64,000 nucleotides of DNA, taken from assembly GCA_023898805.1 (NCBI GenBank), contig CP060260.1:1425656-1489655 (forward strand). Reading direction: 5' to 3'. Under the pieces are notes generated by a model. That model searched no databases and was not told the origin of the DNA. It was given only the letters and a program-made list of their open reading frames with translations. Every line of letters begins with the position of its first letter. Position 1 is the first letter of the stretch. Position numbers and translations under genes: made by a program. The stretch is from Rhodospirillales bacterium (GTDB lineage Bacteria; Pseudomonadota; Alphaproteobacteria; Micavibrionales; UBA1664). This document shows positions 20,591-29,738 of the stretch, in pieces.

Positions 20591-21403
20591 TTACGCTCCC
20601 GCCATGATCTCGGCGCGCGCGCGCTCGAATTCCTCACCCCGCGCGGTCCGGTAATGCCACAAAACCGCGTGCTCCATGAACGATACGCCCTTGCCCTTGA
20701 TGGTGTGCGCGATCACCGCGCGCGGGGCTGTGGCTCGCGCCGGATCGACGTCCAGCGCCGCCGCCAGCGCATCGTGGTCGTGTCCGTCGACCTCGACGAC
20801 ATCCCAGCGAAAGGCGCGCAATTTGTCCGCGAACGGCTCCAGCCCCAAAGTTTCCTCGGTCGATTGCAGGCTCTGGATCTTGTTGTGGTCGATGACCGCG
20901 ACCAGATTGCGCAGCTTGTGGTGGCCGGCGAACAAAAACGCCTCCCAGTTCGAGCCCTCGTCGCATTCCCCGTCGCTCAAAACGCAGTACATGCGCGCGT
21001 TCGACTTGCGCTGGCGCAGGGCATAGGCCCGCCCCGCGCTGACCGGCAACCCGTGGCCCAGCGATCCCGTCGAAAGTTCGACCCCCGGCACGTTCTTGTG
21101 CGACACGTGCCCCGACATGATCGACCCGTTGGTGTAATAGGCGTCCAGTGTATCCTTGGGGAAAAAGCCGCGCTCCGAAAGCGCGACATAGATCGCCGCG
21201 CCCGCATGGCCCTTGGACAGGATGAAACGGTCGCGCCCCATCCATTGCGGATTGGCGGGATCGAGTCGCATCACCTTGCCGTATAAAACCGCGATGATGT
21301 CGGCCATCGAGAAGATCGAGCCGATATGCGATCCGCCCCCGCGGCTGGTCATTTCCAGCGTTTTAAGGCGTATGGTCTTGGCCAGCGCGCGCGAATCCAT
21401 CAA
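20591..21403 (-). CDS. Transketolase, N-terminal (ThDP-binding) subunit
   Basis: GGGSHIGSIFSMADI, SKGHAGAAIY and SDGECDEGSNWEA (ThDP/Mg motif). The likely ATG at 21400 overlaps the upstream methyltransferase stop. Confidence 0.85.
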   Translation of the reverse strand: MMDSRALAKTIRLKTLEMTSRGGGSHIGSIFSMADIIAVLYGKVMRLDPANPQWMGRDRFILSKGHAGAAIYVALSERGFFPKDTLDAYYTNGSIMSGHVSHKNVPGVELSTGSLGHGLPVSAGRAYALRQRKSNARMYCVLSDGECDEGSNWEAFLFAGHHKLRNLVAVIDHNKIQSLQSTEETLGLEPFADKLRAFRWDVVEVDGHDHDALAAALDVDPARATAPRAVIAHTIKGKGVSFMEHAVLWHYRTARGEEFERARAEIMAGA

Positions 21404-22221
21404 TTCGTTCCGTCCTTTTTACGCATGGCGCAGAACAGCACCTTGTATTCGCGGTTCGGCCCTTCGCCGGAAATCGGCTGCGGCTTTTCGTAAGGGCAGG
21501 TCGAGGCGCCGATTTCGTCCGGCAGACGGACCATCTGCCCGAATACCAGCCGCTTCATCCATTTCTTGCCCGCCGTGGTCTTGGGCATCAGCCCAAGATG
21601 GACGACGATGCGCTTGACCGGACGCAGCACGCGCTGGCGCAGCGACACGCGTTTAAGCGGCGTGCCCCCCGCAAGCTCGGCCACCGTGAACCCCGCGCTT
21701 TCAGCCAGTGCCGCGAAATCGGCGGCACCGTAATACGCATGGCTGAACGGGCTGGGGTTAAAATCGTACAGATCCTTGTTGGCAGAGGCGATCAGCACCA
21801 TGCCCTCCGGGCGCAGGACGCGTCGCGCCTCGCGCAAAAACGCGGCGGCGTCGGGCAGGTAATAGATGGCCTCGAACATCAGGACGACATCCGCCGAATG
21901 GTCGCCGTAGGGCAGTTTCACGGCGTCCGCGGTGTCGATGCGGATGCGGCTGCCGTAATGCGCGCGCGGCGCGCCCAGCACTTCCTCGGCCACGTCGCAA
22001 GCCTGCACGCTGCGTGCGACCGCCTGTAAATACCCAAGTCCCGCGCCGGTGCCGCACGCGACCTCGACGACATCCTTTTCGCGCGCATATTCGCCCGCCC
22101 AGTAATAACGGTTGCACAGGCGTTGCAACTGCTCGGCCGAAATTTCATCGCCGCTCATTTCGGTGACGTCCTTATAGGTCATGTCCTTGCTGTCGGCTGT
22201 TGCGGTGGCGGTTGCGGTCAT
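21400..22221 (-). CDS. Class I SAM-dependent methyltransferase
   Basis: Motif I VVEVACGTGAG. Start trimmed to MTATATATAD at 22221, giving an ATGA overlap with the upstream stop. The 424-aa track ORF has an Arg-rich spurious extension. Confidence 0.75.
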   Translation of the reverse strand: MTATATATADSKDMTYKDVTEMSGDEISAEQLQRLCNRYYWAGEYAREKDVVEVACGTGAGLGYLQAVARSVQACDVAEEVLGAPRAHYGSRIRIDTADAVKLPYGDHSADVVLMFEAIYYLPDAAAFLREARRVLRPEGMVLIASANKDLYDFNPSPFSHAYYGAADFAALAESAGFTVAELAGGTPLKRVSLRQRVLRPVKRIVVHLGLMPKTTAGKKWMKRLVFGQMVRLPDEIGASTCPYEKPQPISGEGPNREYKVLFCAMRKKDGTN

Positions 22222-22961
22222 GCGGCTACCTTGTCTCTGGTGGTGACGATTTCGCTGGCGCCGGGCGGCGGCGCGGGTTGCAATGGCTCGTGCCGCGCGG
22301 CGATACGACGCAGGTCTTCGGGCGCGCCCAGCGCGGCCAGAATTTGCTGCACGCCCTGCAGCGCCTTTGGCTTGTCCAGAATCGCGACGACGGTCAAAAG
22401 AATCAAGCGGATGTCGAGCCACAAGGAAGCATTTTCGACGTACAGGATTCCAAGGCGACTTTTGCCGGGGCGGATCAACTGGTTGTAGGCGATATCCGGG
22501 TCGGGCTGGTCCTTGAGGATGTCGCCCTCGTCCGAAAACACGATCGATGCGATGTCGGTGATGCCGGGCCGCACGCTCAGAAGCTTGCGTTCCTCGGTCG
22601 TATACAGATCGGTTTCGCGTTTGACGTTGGGACGTGGGCCGACCAGCGACATGTCGCCCCGAAGTACGTTCCAAAGCTGCGTGATTTCGTCCAGCTTGTA
22701 ACGCCGGATCATGTGGCCCACGCGCGTGATGCGCATGTCGTTGGCGCCGGTCGAATCGACACCGGATTTATCGGCGTTCTTGACCATGGAACGCAGCTTG
22801 GCCATGCGAAACGGCGTGCCGTTCAATCCTACGCGCGGCCCCATGTAAAACGGCGAATGTCCATCCTGCCGCCAGACCAGAAACATGAACACGGCGATGA
22901 CGGGGCTGAAGATCAGCAGGCCGCAGGCAGCCGCGATGATATCGAAAGTGCGTTTGATCAT
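22218..22961 (-). CDS. Small monotopic undecaprenyl-phosphate sugar-phosphotransferase (PglC/WbaP-C-terminal type initiating transferase)
   Basis: MIKRTFDIIAAACGLLIFSPV re-entrant helix, then PFRMAKLRSM, DEITQLWNVLRGDMSLVGPRP. Start trimmed to 22961. Confidence 0.85.
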   Translation of the reverse strand: MIKRTFDIIAAACGLLIFSPVIAVFMFLVWRQDGHSPFYMGPRVGLNGTPFRMAKLRSMVKNADKSGVDSTGANDMRITRVGHMIRRYKLDEITQLWNVLRGDMSLVGPRPNVKRETDLYTTEERKLLSVRPGITDIASIVFSDEGDILKDQPDPDIAYNQLIRPGKSRLGILYVENASLWLDIRLILLTVVAILDKPKALQGVQQILAALGAPEDLRRIAARHEPLQPAPPPGASEIVTTRDKVAA

Positions 22962-22971
22962 GCAGCGGACA

Positions 22972-24408
22972 TTAAACCGCTTTTTCGGGATTGCCAATAA
23001 AACCCGCCGAACGTCCCACATGCCGCACGGCATAGAGCAGACCGGCCAGGCACGCCGCGCCCGTGACGCCGATATCGACCATGAACAGCGCCAGCGTATT
23101 GTGGATAAATCGCCCGGCCAGCCAGTCGATGCTGTAAGGCGTAAGCCCGGCGGCCAGCACGCACAGCAACAAAAACGCATAGCGCCGCGCGCGCAAGTGC
23201 AGCGCCCAGAATACAAAGCCGATATAGGACAGGTGGTACAGGCATTGGATGACGACGAACACCGCCACCGCCTCCAGCGCCGCCATGCCCGTGCGCAGGC
23301 CCAGAACGACCGCGACCACCGCCGCGCCGTCGAAAGCGATTTGCAGCATCAGGGGAATATCCTGCCGCCCGCGTACCTCGAACACGCGTTCCGGCCACGA
23401 CGTCATCATGAACAGCACTGCGACCGGTGCGAACAGGCTGGCATACACGCCCGCCTCGGCCCAGCGCGCGCCGAACACGAACCCGAATGTTTCCGTGTCC
23501 CAAAGCGTAAAGGCACCCAGCACCGGCGCGGTCAGGCACGCGGTTGCCAGCATCAGCGCATAGGCGAAATCGGCAAATCGCGGATCGTCGATCGAGCGCG
23601 CCGCCTCGCGGTAGAACACCTGCCCAAGCGATGACGAAACAAGGCTGACCGGCGCCAGCATGGCGGTCCGCGCCATGCCGTAAAGACCGGCGGCGGCGGG
23701 CTGGTGGAACGCGGTCAGGGCCAGAATCAGGAATTCGCGCGTGAACGTGCCGATCAGGCTGTAAGGCATATTGAACAGCGGGAATTTGCGGTATTTTGTG
23801 ACGATCGCCCGAACGTCGACCGGTGCCAGCAGACCGCGGAAATGCGCGCGCAGACGCATAACGCCCAGAATCTGGCCTGCCACCCGCGCGGCGACAAGCC
23901 CCACCGCGCCCAGACCCGTTGCACCCAGACCGATCGCCGCCGCCCCGTTGATCAGCTGGATATGGACATTCGACGCCGCGATAGCGCCGTAATCGCGGTG
24001 CCGTGTCGCGGAATACCCGCCGATCTGGGCGCAGGTCATCAGGAATGCCAGCACCGGCGCGGCGCAGATCCAGTACCCGATATCCGGAAACCCGAATCGC
24101 GCCACCAGTACGGGCTGGAAAACGCCGAAGATCAAAAGCATCGCCACCATGACCCAGAACGCAAGCCGCAAAGCCGCGCGTGCGATCGAAAGCCCTTCGG
24201 TCTCGTCGGCCGGCAGGACGATGGCGACCTCAAGCCGCAAGGCGCCCATCGCGGCCAGCACGCTGGCAAGCGCCAGAATTCCTGAAAAAACGCCATAAGC
24301 CCCCGGCCCGTAAAGCCGCGATATCACGGGCAGCATCACGATCGGGATCAACTGCCCCAGGGCCGCGCCCCGAAACATGGTGAAGGAATGTTTGATGAAC
24401 TGTGACAT
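22972..24408 (-). CDS. wzx: Wzx-type oligosaccharide flippase (MOP superfamily)
   Basis: About 478 aa and 12-14 predicted TM helices, with an N-terminus typical of polysaccharide flippases (FRGAALGQLIPIVMLPVISRLYGPGAYG). Start trimmed to MSQFIKHS at 24408. Confidence 0.75.
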   Translation of the reverse strand: MSQFIKHSFTMFRGAALGQLIPIVMLPVISRLYGPGAYGVFSGILALASVLAAMGALRLEVAIVLPADETEGLSIARAALRLAFWVMVAMLLIFGVFQPVLVARFGFPDIGYWICAAPVLAFLMTCAQIGGYSATRHRDYGAIAASNVHIQLINGAAAIGLGATGLGAVGLVAARVAGQILGVMRLRAHFRGLLAPVDVRAIVTKYRKFPLFNMPYSLIGTFTREFLILALTAFHQPAAAGLYGMARTAMLAPVSLVSSSLGQVFYREAARSIDDPRFADFAYALMLATACLTAPVLGAFTLWDTETFGFVFGARWAEAGVYASLFAPVAVLFMMTSWPERVFEVRGRQDIPLMLQIAFDGAAVVAVVLGLRTGMAALEAVAVFVVIQCLYHLSYIGFVFWALHLRARRYAFLLLCVLAAGLTPYSIDWLAGRFIHNTLALFMVDIGVTGAACLAGLLYAVRHVGRSAGFIGNPEKAV

Positions 24409-24480
24409 TGCTTGCCGTTGACTTTTTCGCTTTAACCTCCGAGAACATGTCCAAAACCTGCGGGATTTGCAATCATCCTC

Positions 24481-25104
24481 ATGTCCTACGTGGCTGTCAT
24501 TGATTATGGTGCGGGCAATATCGGCTCGGTGCTTAATATGTTCAAAAAGATCGGCGTTGCCGCGAAGGCCGCCGCGACGCCCGAATCCGTCGCCGATGCC
24601 GCGCGCATTCTTCTGCCGGGCGTGGGTGCCTTCGACCATTGTATGCAGGCGCTCAACGCCTCCGGCCTGCGCGACGCGCTTGAACGCGCGGCCCTGTCCG
24701 ACAAAAAACCGTTTCTCGGCATCTGCGTGGGGCAACAGATGATGCTCGAAGGCTCGGACGAGGGGAAATTGCCCGGTCTTGGCTGGATCCCGGGGCGCAA
24801 TGTACGCTTTGCCGACATCCCCGGCCGTCGTGTCCCGCATATGGGCTGGACCGAAGTCGCACCCACCTGCGCGCACCCGTTATTCGACGGTTATGCCGAA
24901 CCGCCGTGTTTTTATTTCGTGCATTCATACCATCCTGCCTGCGCGCACGCCGAAAACGTGCTGGCCACCGCCGATTATGGCGGTGCGTTCTGCTGCGCCG
25001 TGCATGCGGATAACGTCGTCGGCGTCCAGTTCCACCCGGAAAAGAGCCATAAATACGGTATGAAATTCCTGATCAACTTTGCCGGCTGGCGGGCCAAGTC
25101 ATGA
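24481..25104 (+). CDS. HisH-like glutamine amidotransferase subunit (WbuY type)
   Basis: Class-I GATase with GICVGQQ (nucleophile Cys) and VQFHPEKS. It lies in a glycan cluster beside HisF-like and WbpG-like genes. Confidence 0.85.
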   Translation: MSYVAVIDYGAGNIGSVLNMFKKIGVAAKAAATPESVADAARILLPGVGAFDHCMQALNASGLRDALERAALSDKKPFLGICVGQQMMLEGSDEGKLPGLGWIPGRNVRFADIPGRRVPHMGWTEVAPTCAHPLFDGYAEPPCFYFVHSYHPACAHAENVLATADYGGAFCCAVHADNVVGVQFHPEKSHKYGMKFLINFAGWRAKS

Positions 25105-25868
25105 TCCGCCCGCGCGTCATACCCACGCTGCTGCTTAAAGGGCGCGGCCTTTATAAAACGGTCAAATTCGCCGATCCCAAATATGTCGGCGATCCGATCA
25201 ACACCATGCGCATTTTCAACGACAAGGAAGTCGATGAAATCGCGGTGCTGGACATTACCGCCAGCCGCGAGGCGCGCGGCCCTGACATGGACCAGATTAT
25301 GGAGATAGTCTCCGAATGCTTCATGCCGCTGGCCTATGGCGGCGGCATCACGACGCGCGATCAGGCGATGCGCCTGTTTCAGTGCGGGGTTGAAAAGGTG
25401 ATCCTGAATACGGCCGCGGTGGAACGCCCGGAACTGATCACCGAAATCGCCGAGGCTGCCGGGGCGCAGGCCGTGGTCGTGGCGATCGACGTGAAAAAGC
25501 CTCTGATCGGCGGGCCGAAAGTCTATACCCACGGCGGTACGCGCAAGACCGCGCTAGACCCGGTTGCATGGGCGAAGGAGGCGCAGGCGCGCGGCGCGGG
25601 CGAGATTCTGCTCACCGCCATCGATCGAGAAGGCACGATGGCGGGATACGACGTGGCCCTGACTCGCGCGGTGGCCGATGCGGTAAACGTGCCTGTCATC
25701 GCTTGCGGCGGCGCGGGCGGGCTGTTAGATTTCCGCGCGGTCCTTGACCAAGGCCATGCATCCGCCGTCGCGGCGGGCAGCCTGTTCGTCTTTCAGGGGC
25801 CGCACCGCGCGGTCCTGATCTCCTATCCGACAAGGGCCGAATTGTTATCGCTGACCCTGGAAAGTTGA
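25101..25868 (+). CDS. HisF-like cyclase/synthase subunit (WbuZ type)
   Basis: RVIPTLLLKGRGLYKTVKF..., YGGGI and GAGEILLTAIDREGT, consistent with a HisF TIM barrel. ATGA overlap with the hisH-like gene. Confidence 0.85.
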   Translation: MIRPRVIPTLLLKGRGLYKTVKFADPKYVGDPINTMRIFNDKEVDEIAVLDITASREARGPDMDQIMEIVSECFMPLAYGGGITTRDQAMRLFQCGVEKVILNTAAVERPELITEIAEAAGAQAVVVAIDVKKPLIGGPKVYTHGGTRKTALDPVAWAKEAQARGAGEILLTAIDREGTMAGYDVALTRAVADAVNVPVIACGGAGGLLDFRAVLDQGHASAVAAGSLFVFQGPHRAVLISYPTRAELLSLTLES

Positions 25869-27007
25869 ATATGACGGCATATCAGGTCTGTACACGCTGC
25901 GTGATGGATACCAGCGACCCGGAAATCACGTTCGACGATGCGGGCGTCTGTTCCCACTGTCACGCATTCGACCGCACCATGCGTGCGGAGCTTGAATCCG
26001 CGCAGGCGGGCCGCCTTGAACCCGCGCTCGATGCGCTGATCGAGACGATGAAGGCCGAAGGCCGCGGCAAGCCGTATGACGCGATCATGGGTCTTTCGGG
26101 CGGCGTGGATTCCAGCTACATCGCCTGGCTGGTCGGGCAAAAGGGTTTGCGTGTTCTGGCGGTCCACTGCGATTCCGGCTGGAACTCGGAACTGGCGGTC
26201 GCCAACATTGAAAACATCGTCAAGAAAATCGGCTTCGACCTATACACGGAAGTAATCGATTGGGAGGAAATGCGCGATCTCCAGCTGGCGTTTTTCAGGG
26301 CTGGTCTTGCCAATTGCGACATCCCGCAGGACCACGCCTTCATGGCGGTGCTCTACAAGGTCGCCAAAAAACACGGCATCCGGCATATCCTCTCCGGCTC
26401 CAATCTTTCCACGGAATCGATCTTACCCTTGTCATGGGGGTATAACGCGCTTGATCTGCGTCATTTACGCGCCGTGCATAAACGCTTCGGGCGGGTGAAA
26501 CTGAAAACTTTCCCCGTCCTGCCGATGTGGAAACGCTATATCCTGTATCCGTTCTTCCACGGGATGCGCTTCGTGCGGGTGCTCAATTACGTGCCGTATT
26601 ACAAGGACCGCGCGAAAAAACTGATCGCGGACGAACTGGGCTGGCGCGATTACGGCGGCAAGCATTACGAATCGATCTTCACCAAATTCTTCCAGTCCTA
26701 TTACCTGCCGGTGAAATTCGGCTTTGACAAACGCCGCGCGCATTACGCGTCCCTGATCGTCTCGAACCAGATGACGCGGGATCAGGCGCTGGCCCAGTTA
26801 CAGCAGCTTTCTTACGACCCCGCGACGATCGAGGGCGACAAGGAATTCGTGGCCAAGAAAATGGGCGTATCCGCCGCGGAGTTCGACGCGATCATGGAAT
26901 CGCCGCCGCATTCATATCGCGATTATCCGTCGAATGAAGGGCTGTTTGAGTTCAAGGATTGGGTCATGAAATCCCTTGTACGAAAACGCGTGCGGAGAGG
27001 CGTATGA
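25865..27007 (+). CDS. wbpG: N-acetyl-sugar amidotransferase (WbpG/WbuX family, PP-loop ATPase)
   Basis: N-terminal Cys cluster CTRCVMDTSDPEITFDDAGVCSHC and PP-loop GLSGGVDSSY. Overlaps the neighbouring genes on both sides. Confidence 0.85.
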   Translation: MNMTAYQVCTRCVMDTSDPEITFDDAGVCSHCHAFDRTMRAELESAQAGRLEPALDALIETMKAEGRGKPYDAIMGLSGGVDSSYIAWLVGQKGLRVLAVHCDSGWNSELAVANIENIVKKIGFDLYTEVIDWEEMRDLQLAFFRAGLANCDIPQDHAFMAVLYKVAKKHGIRHILSGSNLSTESILPLSWGYNALDLRHLRAVHKRFGRVKLKTFPVLPMWKRYILYPFFHGMRFVRVLNYVPYYKDRAKKLIADELGWRDYGGKHYESIFTKFFQSYYLPVKFGFDKRRAHYASLIVSNQMTRDQALAQLQQLSYDPATIEGDKEFVAKKMGVSAAEFDAIMESPPHSYRDYPSNEGLFEFKDWVMKSLVRKRVRRGV

Positions 27008-28626
27008 TCAAAAATGCCGCCATTTTCGCGGGTGTTTTGTCTGCCTATGGCTTGATGAACCTGCTTGCGGCGGTCATGACCAGCGTGGCGCTTTTGCATA
27101 TTTATATTTATAACCGCCATTGGTTTATGCGTCCCAGCCTGATGGTCGCGGGCTTGATGAATTTATTTTTTCAATGGCCGCTCGCGGTTTATGCGGGCTA
27201 TTACGCCGAATGGTTACCCCATCCTTTCGATCTTGCGCTCGTGGTCCATTTGCCGGTGCTGGCCGCGCTGCTGGCGGCGGCGCTTTTTCCGGACCGCGCC
27301 TTGCGCGATACGTGGGCGCGCCTGAACCCGGGTACGGGTGATGGTGGCCTACCCGTACGCGTGTGGGCCGTTATCCTTGGCGGTCTTGGTGTTCTGGTCG
27401 TGTTGTTCGCGGGCGTGTATTTCGCTTATGTGCCGTGGCGTTGCACAGGCCTGCACGCGATGCTTTACGAATTCACGAATGTCGCCATCTATCGCGAAAT
27501 TTCATTGAAAATGCTTAGTCACGCTTTGCCGCGATATGCCTACAGCCTGCTCTCCAGTGCATTGCTGCCGGTATTCTATATGTTTTCTGCATTGCTGGTT
27601 GCGGGGGCGATCAAAAACGGTCAAAAATCCATCGCCGCTCTGGCAGTTTTTTTGTGCATGCTGTGCCTGCCTTTGTTGATGCTCGTCGGTGCGAAGGGCA
27701 TCGCCGTGATGGTGTTATTGCAGACATCTTTGCTTTTTTTCTGGCGTGCGCAGCTGCATGCGACACCCGCGCGTCTGGCGGCAATTATCGTTCTTCCCAT
27801 GCTGCCCGCATTCCTTTTTATGGCTTCGCTGGCGCTGGTATCGCAAAAACAGGGTGTCCCGCTCACGCTGGATCAGGCATACCGGGCCTGTAACGTCGCG
27901 CTGGATTCTCAAATCATCAAGACGCCGCAATTGATTGAAAACGAAAGGATCGCGAAAGAGGTTTCTTTGCCGAAAAAACCGGCGACGGCAAAAATCGACG
28001 ACGATTCTTCTGATATTTCTTCGGTGTCTTCAAAACCTTATGAAGACGCAAACGCCAGACATCCGATCAAACCGCAGGCCGTACAGGATGTTGATACGGG
28101 ACACCTTTCGGACGCAAAGGTAATCTACCTCAATGTAATGGCGGTGATGTTTCGCGTATTCGCCACACCGCTTATGGCAGGAAGCTGGCACATACATTAC
28201 ACACAGTTTCAGGGGGTTACCGGTCTACTTGGATTGAACGCTTACGCGCATCTGGTCGCCGTTCCTTATATCGATATCCCCAATCGCGTGGGATTGATAT
28301 ACGGGCCGGTTTATTACGGACACGAAGTCATCAATACGATCAGCGTAAGCACCGGTTTTGTTTTTACGAATTACGATTATCTGGGGATTTCAAGCGTTAT
28401 CCTTAGCGTCATCATGCTGCTGCTGCAGGATCTTGTAATTCTTGTGTACCGCTTCGTTTCCCGTGACATACTGGCGGCCTTTCTGGCTGTCGTCAGCATG
28501 GCCAGCCTGCGCATGCTGCAGACGGATGTTACGGTGGTTTGGGTATCCCACGGATATCTGATCTCGATGCTGTTGATCGGCGCGGCCCAGACGATTATTT
28601 GTTTTCTGAACCGGAGAGGCGGATGA
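27004..28626 (+). CDS. Polytopic membrane protein, putative O-unit polymerase (Wzy-like), with a central hydrophilic insertion
   Basis: About 540 aa and many TM helices. The codon composition is visibly AT-richer than the neighbours, and there is no recognisable conserved motif. The call rests on context (wzx, ligase and a GT are present; no other polymerase candidate). Start at 27004 (MIKNAAIF), ATGA overlap. Confidence 0.5.
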   Translation: MIKNAAIFAGVLSAYGLMNLLAAVMTSVALLHIYIYNRHWFMRPSLMVAGLMNLFFQWPLAVYAGYYAEWLPHPFDLALVVHLPVLAALLAAALFPDRALRDTWARLNPGTGDGGLPVRVWAVILGGLGVLVVLFAGVYFAYVPWRCTGLHAMLYEFTNVAIYREISLKMLSHALPRYAYSLLSSALLPVFYMFSALLVAGAIKNGQKSIAALAVFLCMLCLPLLMLVGAKGIAVMVLLQTSLLFFWRAQLHATPARLAAIIVLPMLPAFLFMASLALVSQKQGVPLTLDQAYRACNVALDSQIIKTPQLIENERIAKEVSLPKKPATAKIDDDSSDISSVSSKPYEDANARHPIKPQAVQDVDTGHLSDAKVIYLNVMAVMFRVFATPLMAGSWHIHYTQFQGVTGLLGLNAYAHLVAVPYIDIPNRVGLIYGPVYYGHEVINTISVSTGFVFTNYDYLGISSVILSVIMLLLQDLVILVYRFVSRDILAAFLAVVSMASLRMLQTDVTVVWVSHGYLISMLLIGAAQTIICFLNRRGG

Positions 28627-29738
28627 ACAGGCGTGTCGTGCATCTTTCAAGCGCCCATCCGGCCGAGGATACGCGCATTTTCGTCAAGGAATGCCGCACG
28701 CTTGCGGCTGCGGGATACGACACGCATATCGTCATCTCGACGGCTCACGGCTACGAGAAGGATGGCGTCAAATTTCACGCGCTGGCGCAACGTCCGGGGC
28801 GCTTTTACCGCATGTGCGTAAAGCCGCTGCACGCGTATCGGGCTGTGCGTGCGCTTGCGCCGGATGTTTTGCATGTGCATGAGCCTGATCTGTTGCCGTT
28901 GGCATGGTTGTTCGCCCGTCGTGGCGTGCATGTAATCTACGACTCGCATGAAGACCTGCCTCGTCAGATACCTTACAAGGACTGGATACCGGCCCCCCTG
29001 CGCGGGCCGATAGCGCGTATCGTTGAGTGGTTCGAGGACGGAATCTGCCGCAGCCTCGCGGGCGTGGTCGCGGCTACACCGCATATCGCCGATCGGTTTT
29101 ACAAGGCGGGCGTGAACGCCGTGTGCGTTGCCAATTTCCCGAACCTTTCTGAGCTTGCCATGCCTGCGGGGGAAAGCTGGGATGCACGCGAAAAATCCGT
29201 TGCCTATATTGGTACGATCTCCGTGGAACGGGGTGTGAACGAGTTGCTGCAAGCGGCGAAAATAGCGGATGTGAAAATCCATATCGCGGGCTTTCCGCAT
29301 CCAGCCGCGCTTGGCGAAACCTTGAAATCCGCGCACGAACGCGGCGAGATCGTCTATCACGGCGCGATCAGCCGCGATGCGGTACTAGACTTGATGCGCA
29401 CGCTGCGCGGCGGCATCGTATGCTTCCATCCGCTGCCCAATCACGTCGACGCCCAGCCGAACAAACTGTTCGAGTATATGAGCGCGGGCCTGCCGGTCAT
29501 CGCGTCCCATTTTCCGCTATGGCGCGAGATTATCGAAAAATCTGGCTGTGGCATATGCGTCGACCCGAATAAGCCGCGCGCGATCGCCGAAGCCATCCGC
29601 TATATCCTCGATCATGACTGGGATGCCAAGGCCATGGGCGAACGCGGCCAGAATGCGGTGCGCGAACGGTACAATTGGGAAGTGCAGGCCGATATCCTGC
29701 TCGCCTTCTATCGCGATATCCTAAAAGAAGCCGTGTGA
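28623..29738 (+). CDS. GT4-family glycosyltransferase
   Basis: GT-B fold with the C-terminal EX7E-type region (NKLFEYMSAGLPVIAS). Start at 28623 (MNRRVVHLSSAHP), ATGA overlap. Confidence 0.85.
   Translation: MNRRVVHLSSAHPAEDTRIFVKECRTLAAAGYDTHIVISTAHGYEKDGVKFHALAQRPGRFYRMCVKPLHAYRAVRALAPDVLHVHEPDLLPLAWLFARRGVHVIYDSHEDLPRQIPYKDWIPAPLRGPIARIVEWFEDGICRSLAGVVAATPHIADRFYKAGVNAVCVANFPNLSELAMPAGESWDAREKSVAYIGTISVERGVNELLQAAKIADVKIHIAGFPHPAALGETLKSAHERGEIVYHGAISRDAVLDLMRTLRGGIVCFHPLPNHVDAQPNKLFEYMSAGLPVIASHFPLWREIIEKSGCGICVDPNKPRAIAEAIRYILDHDWDAKAMGERGQNAVRERYNWEVQADILLAFYRDILKEAV

Noticed and set aside
21400-24876. Long N-terminal extensions of the track ORFs 21400..22674, 22218..23216 and 22972..24876
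   Set aside because: The extensions are Arg/Cys/Gly-rich and overlap the upstream genes (and hisH-like on the other strand). Internal ATGs at 22221, 22961 and 24408 restore typical family N-termini, and the first two also give ATGA overlaps with the upstream stop codons.
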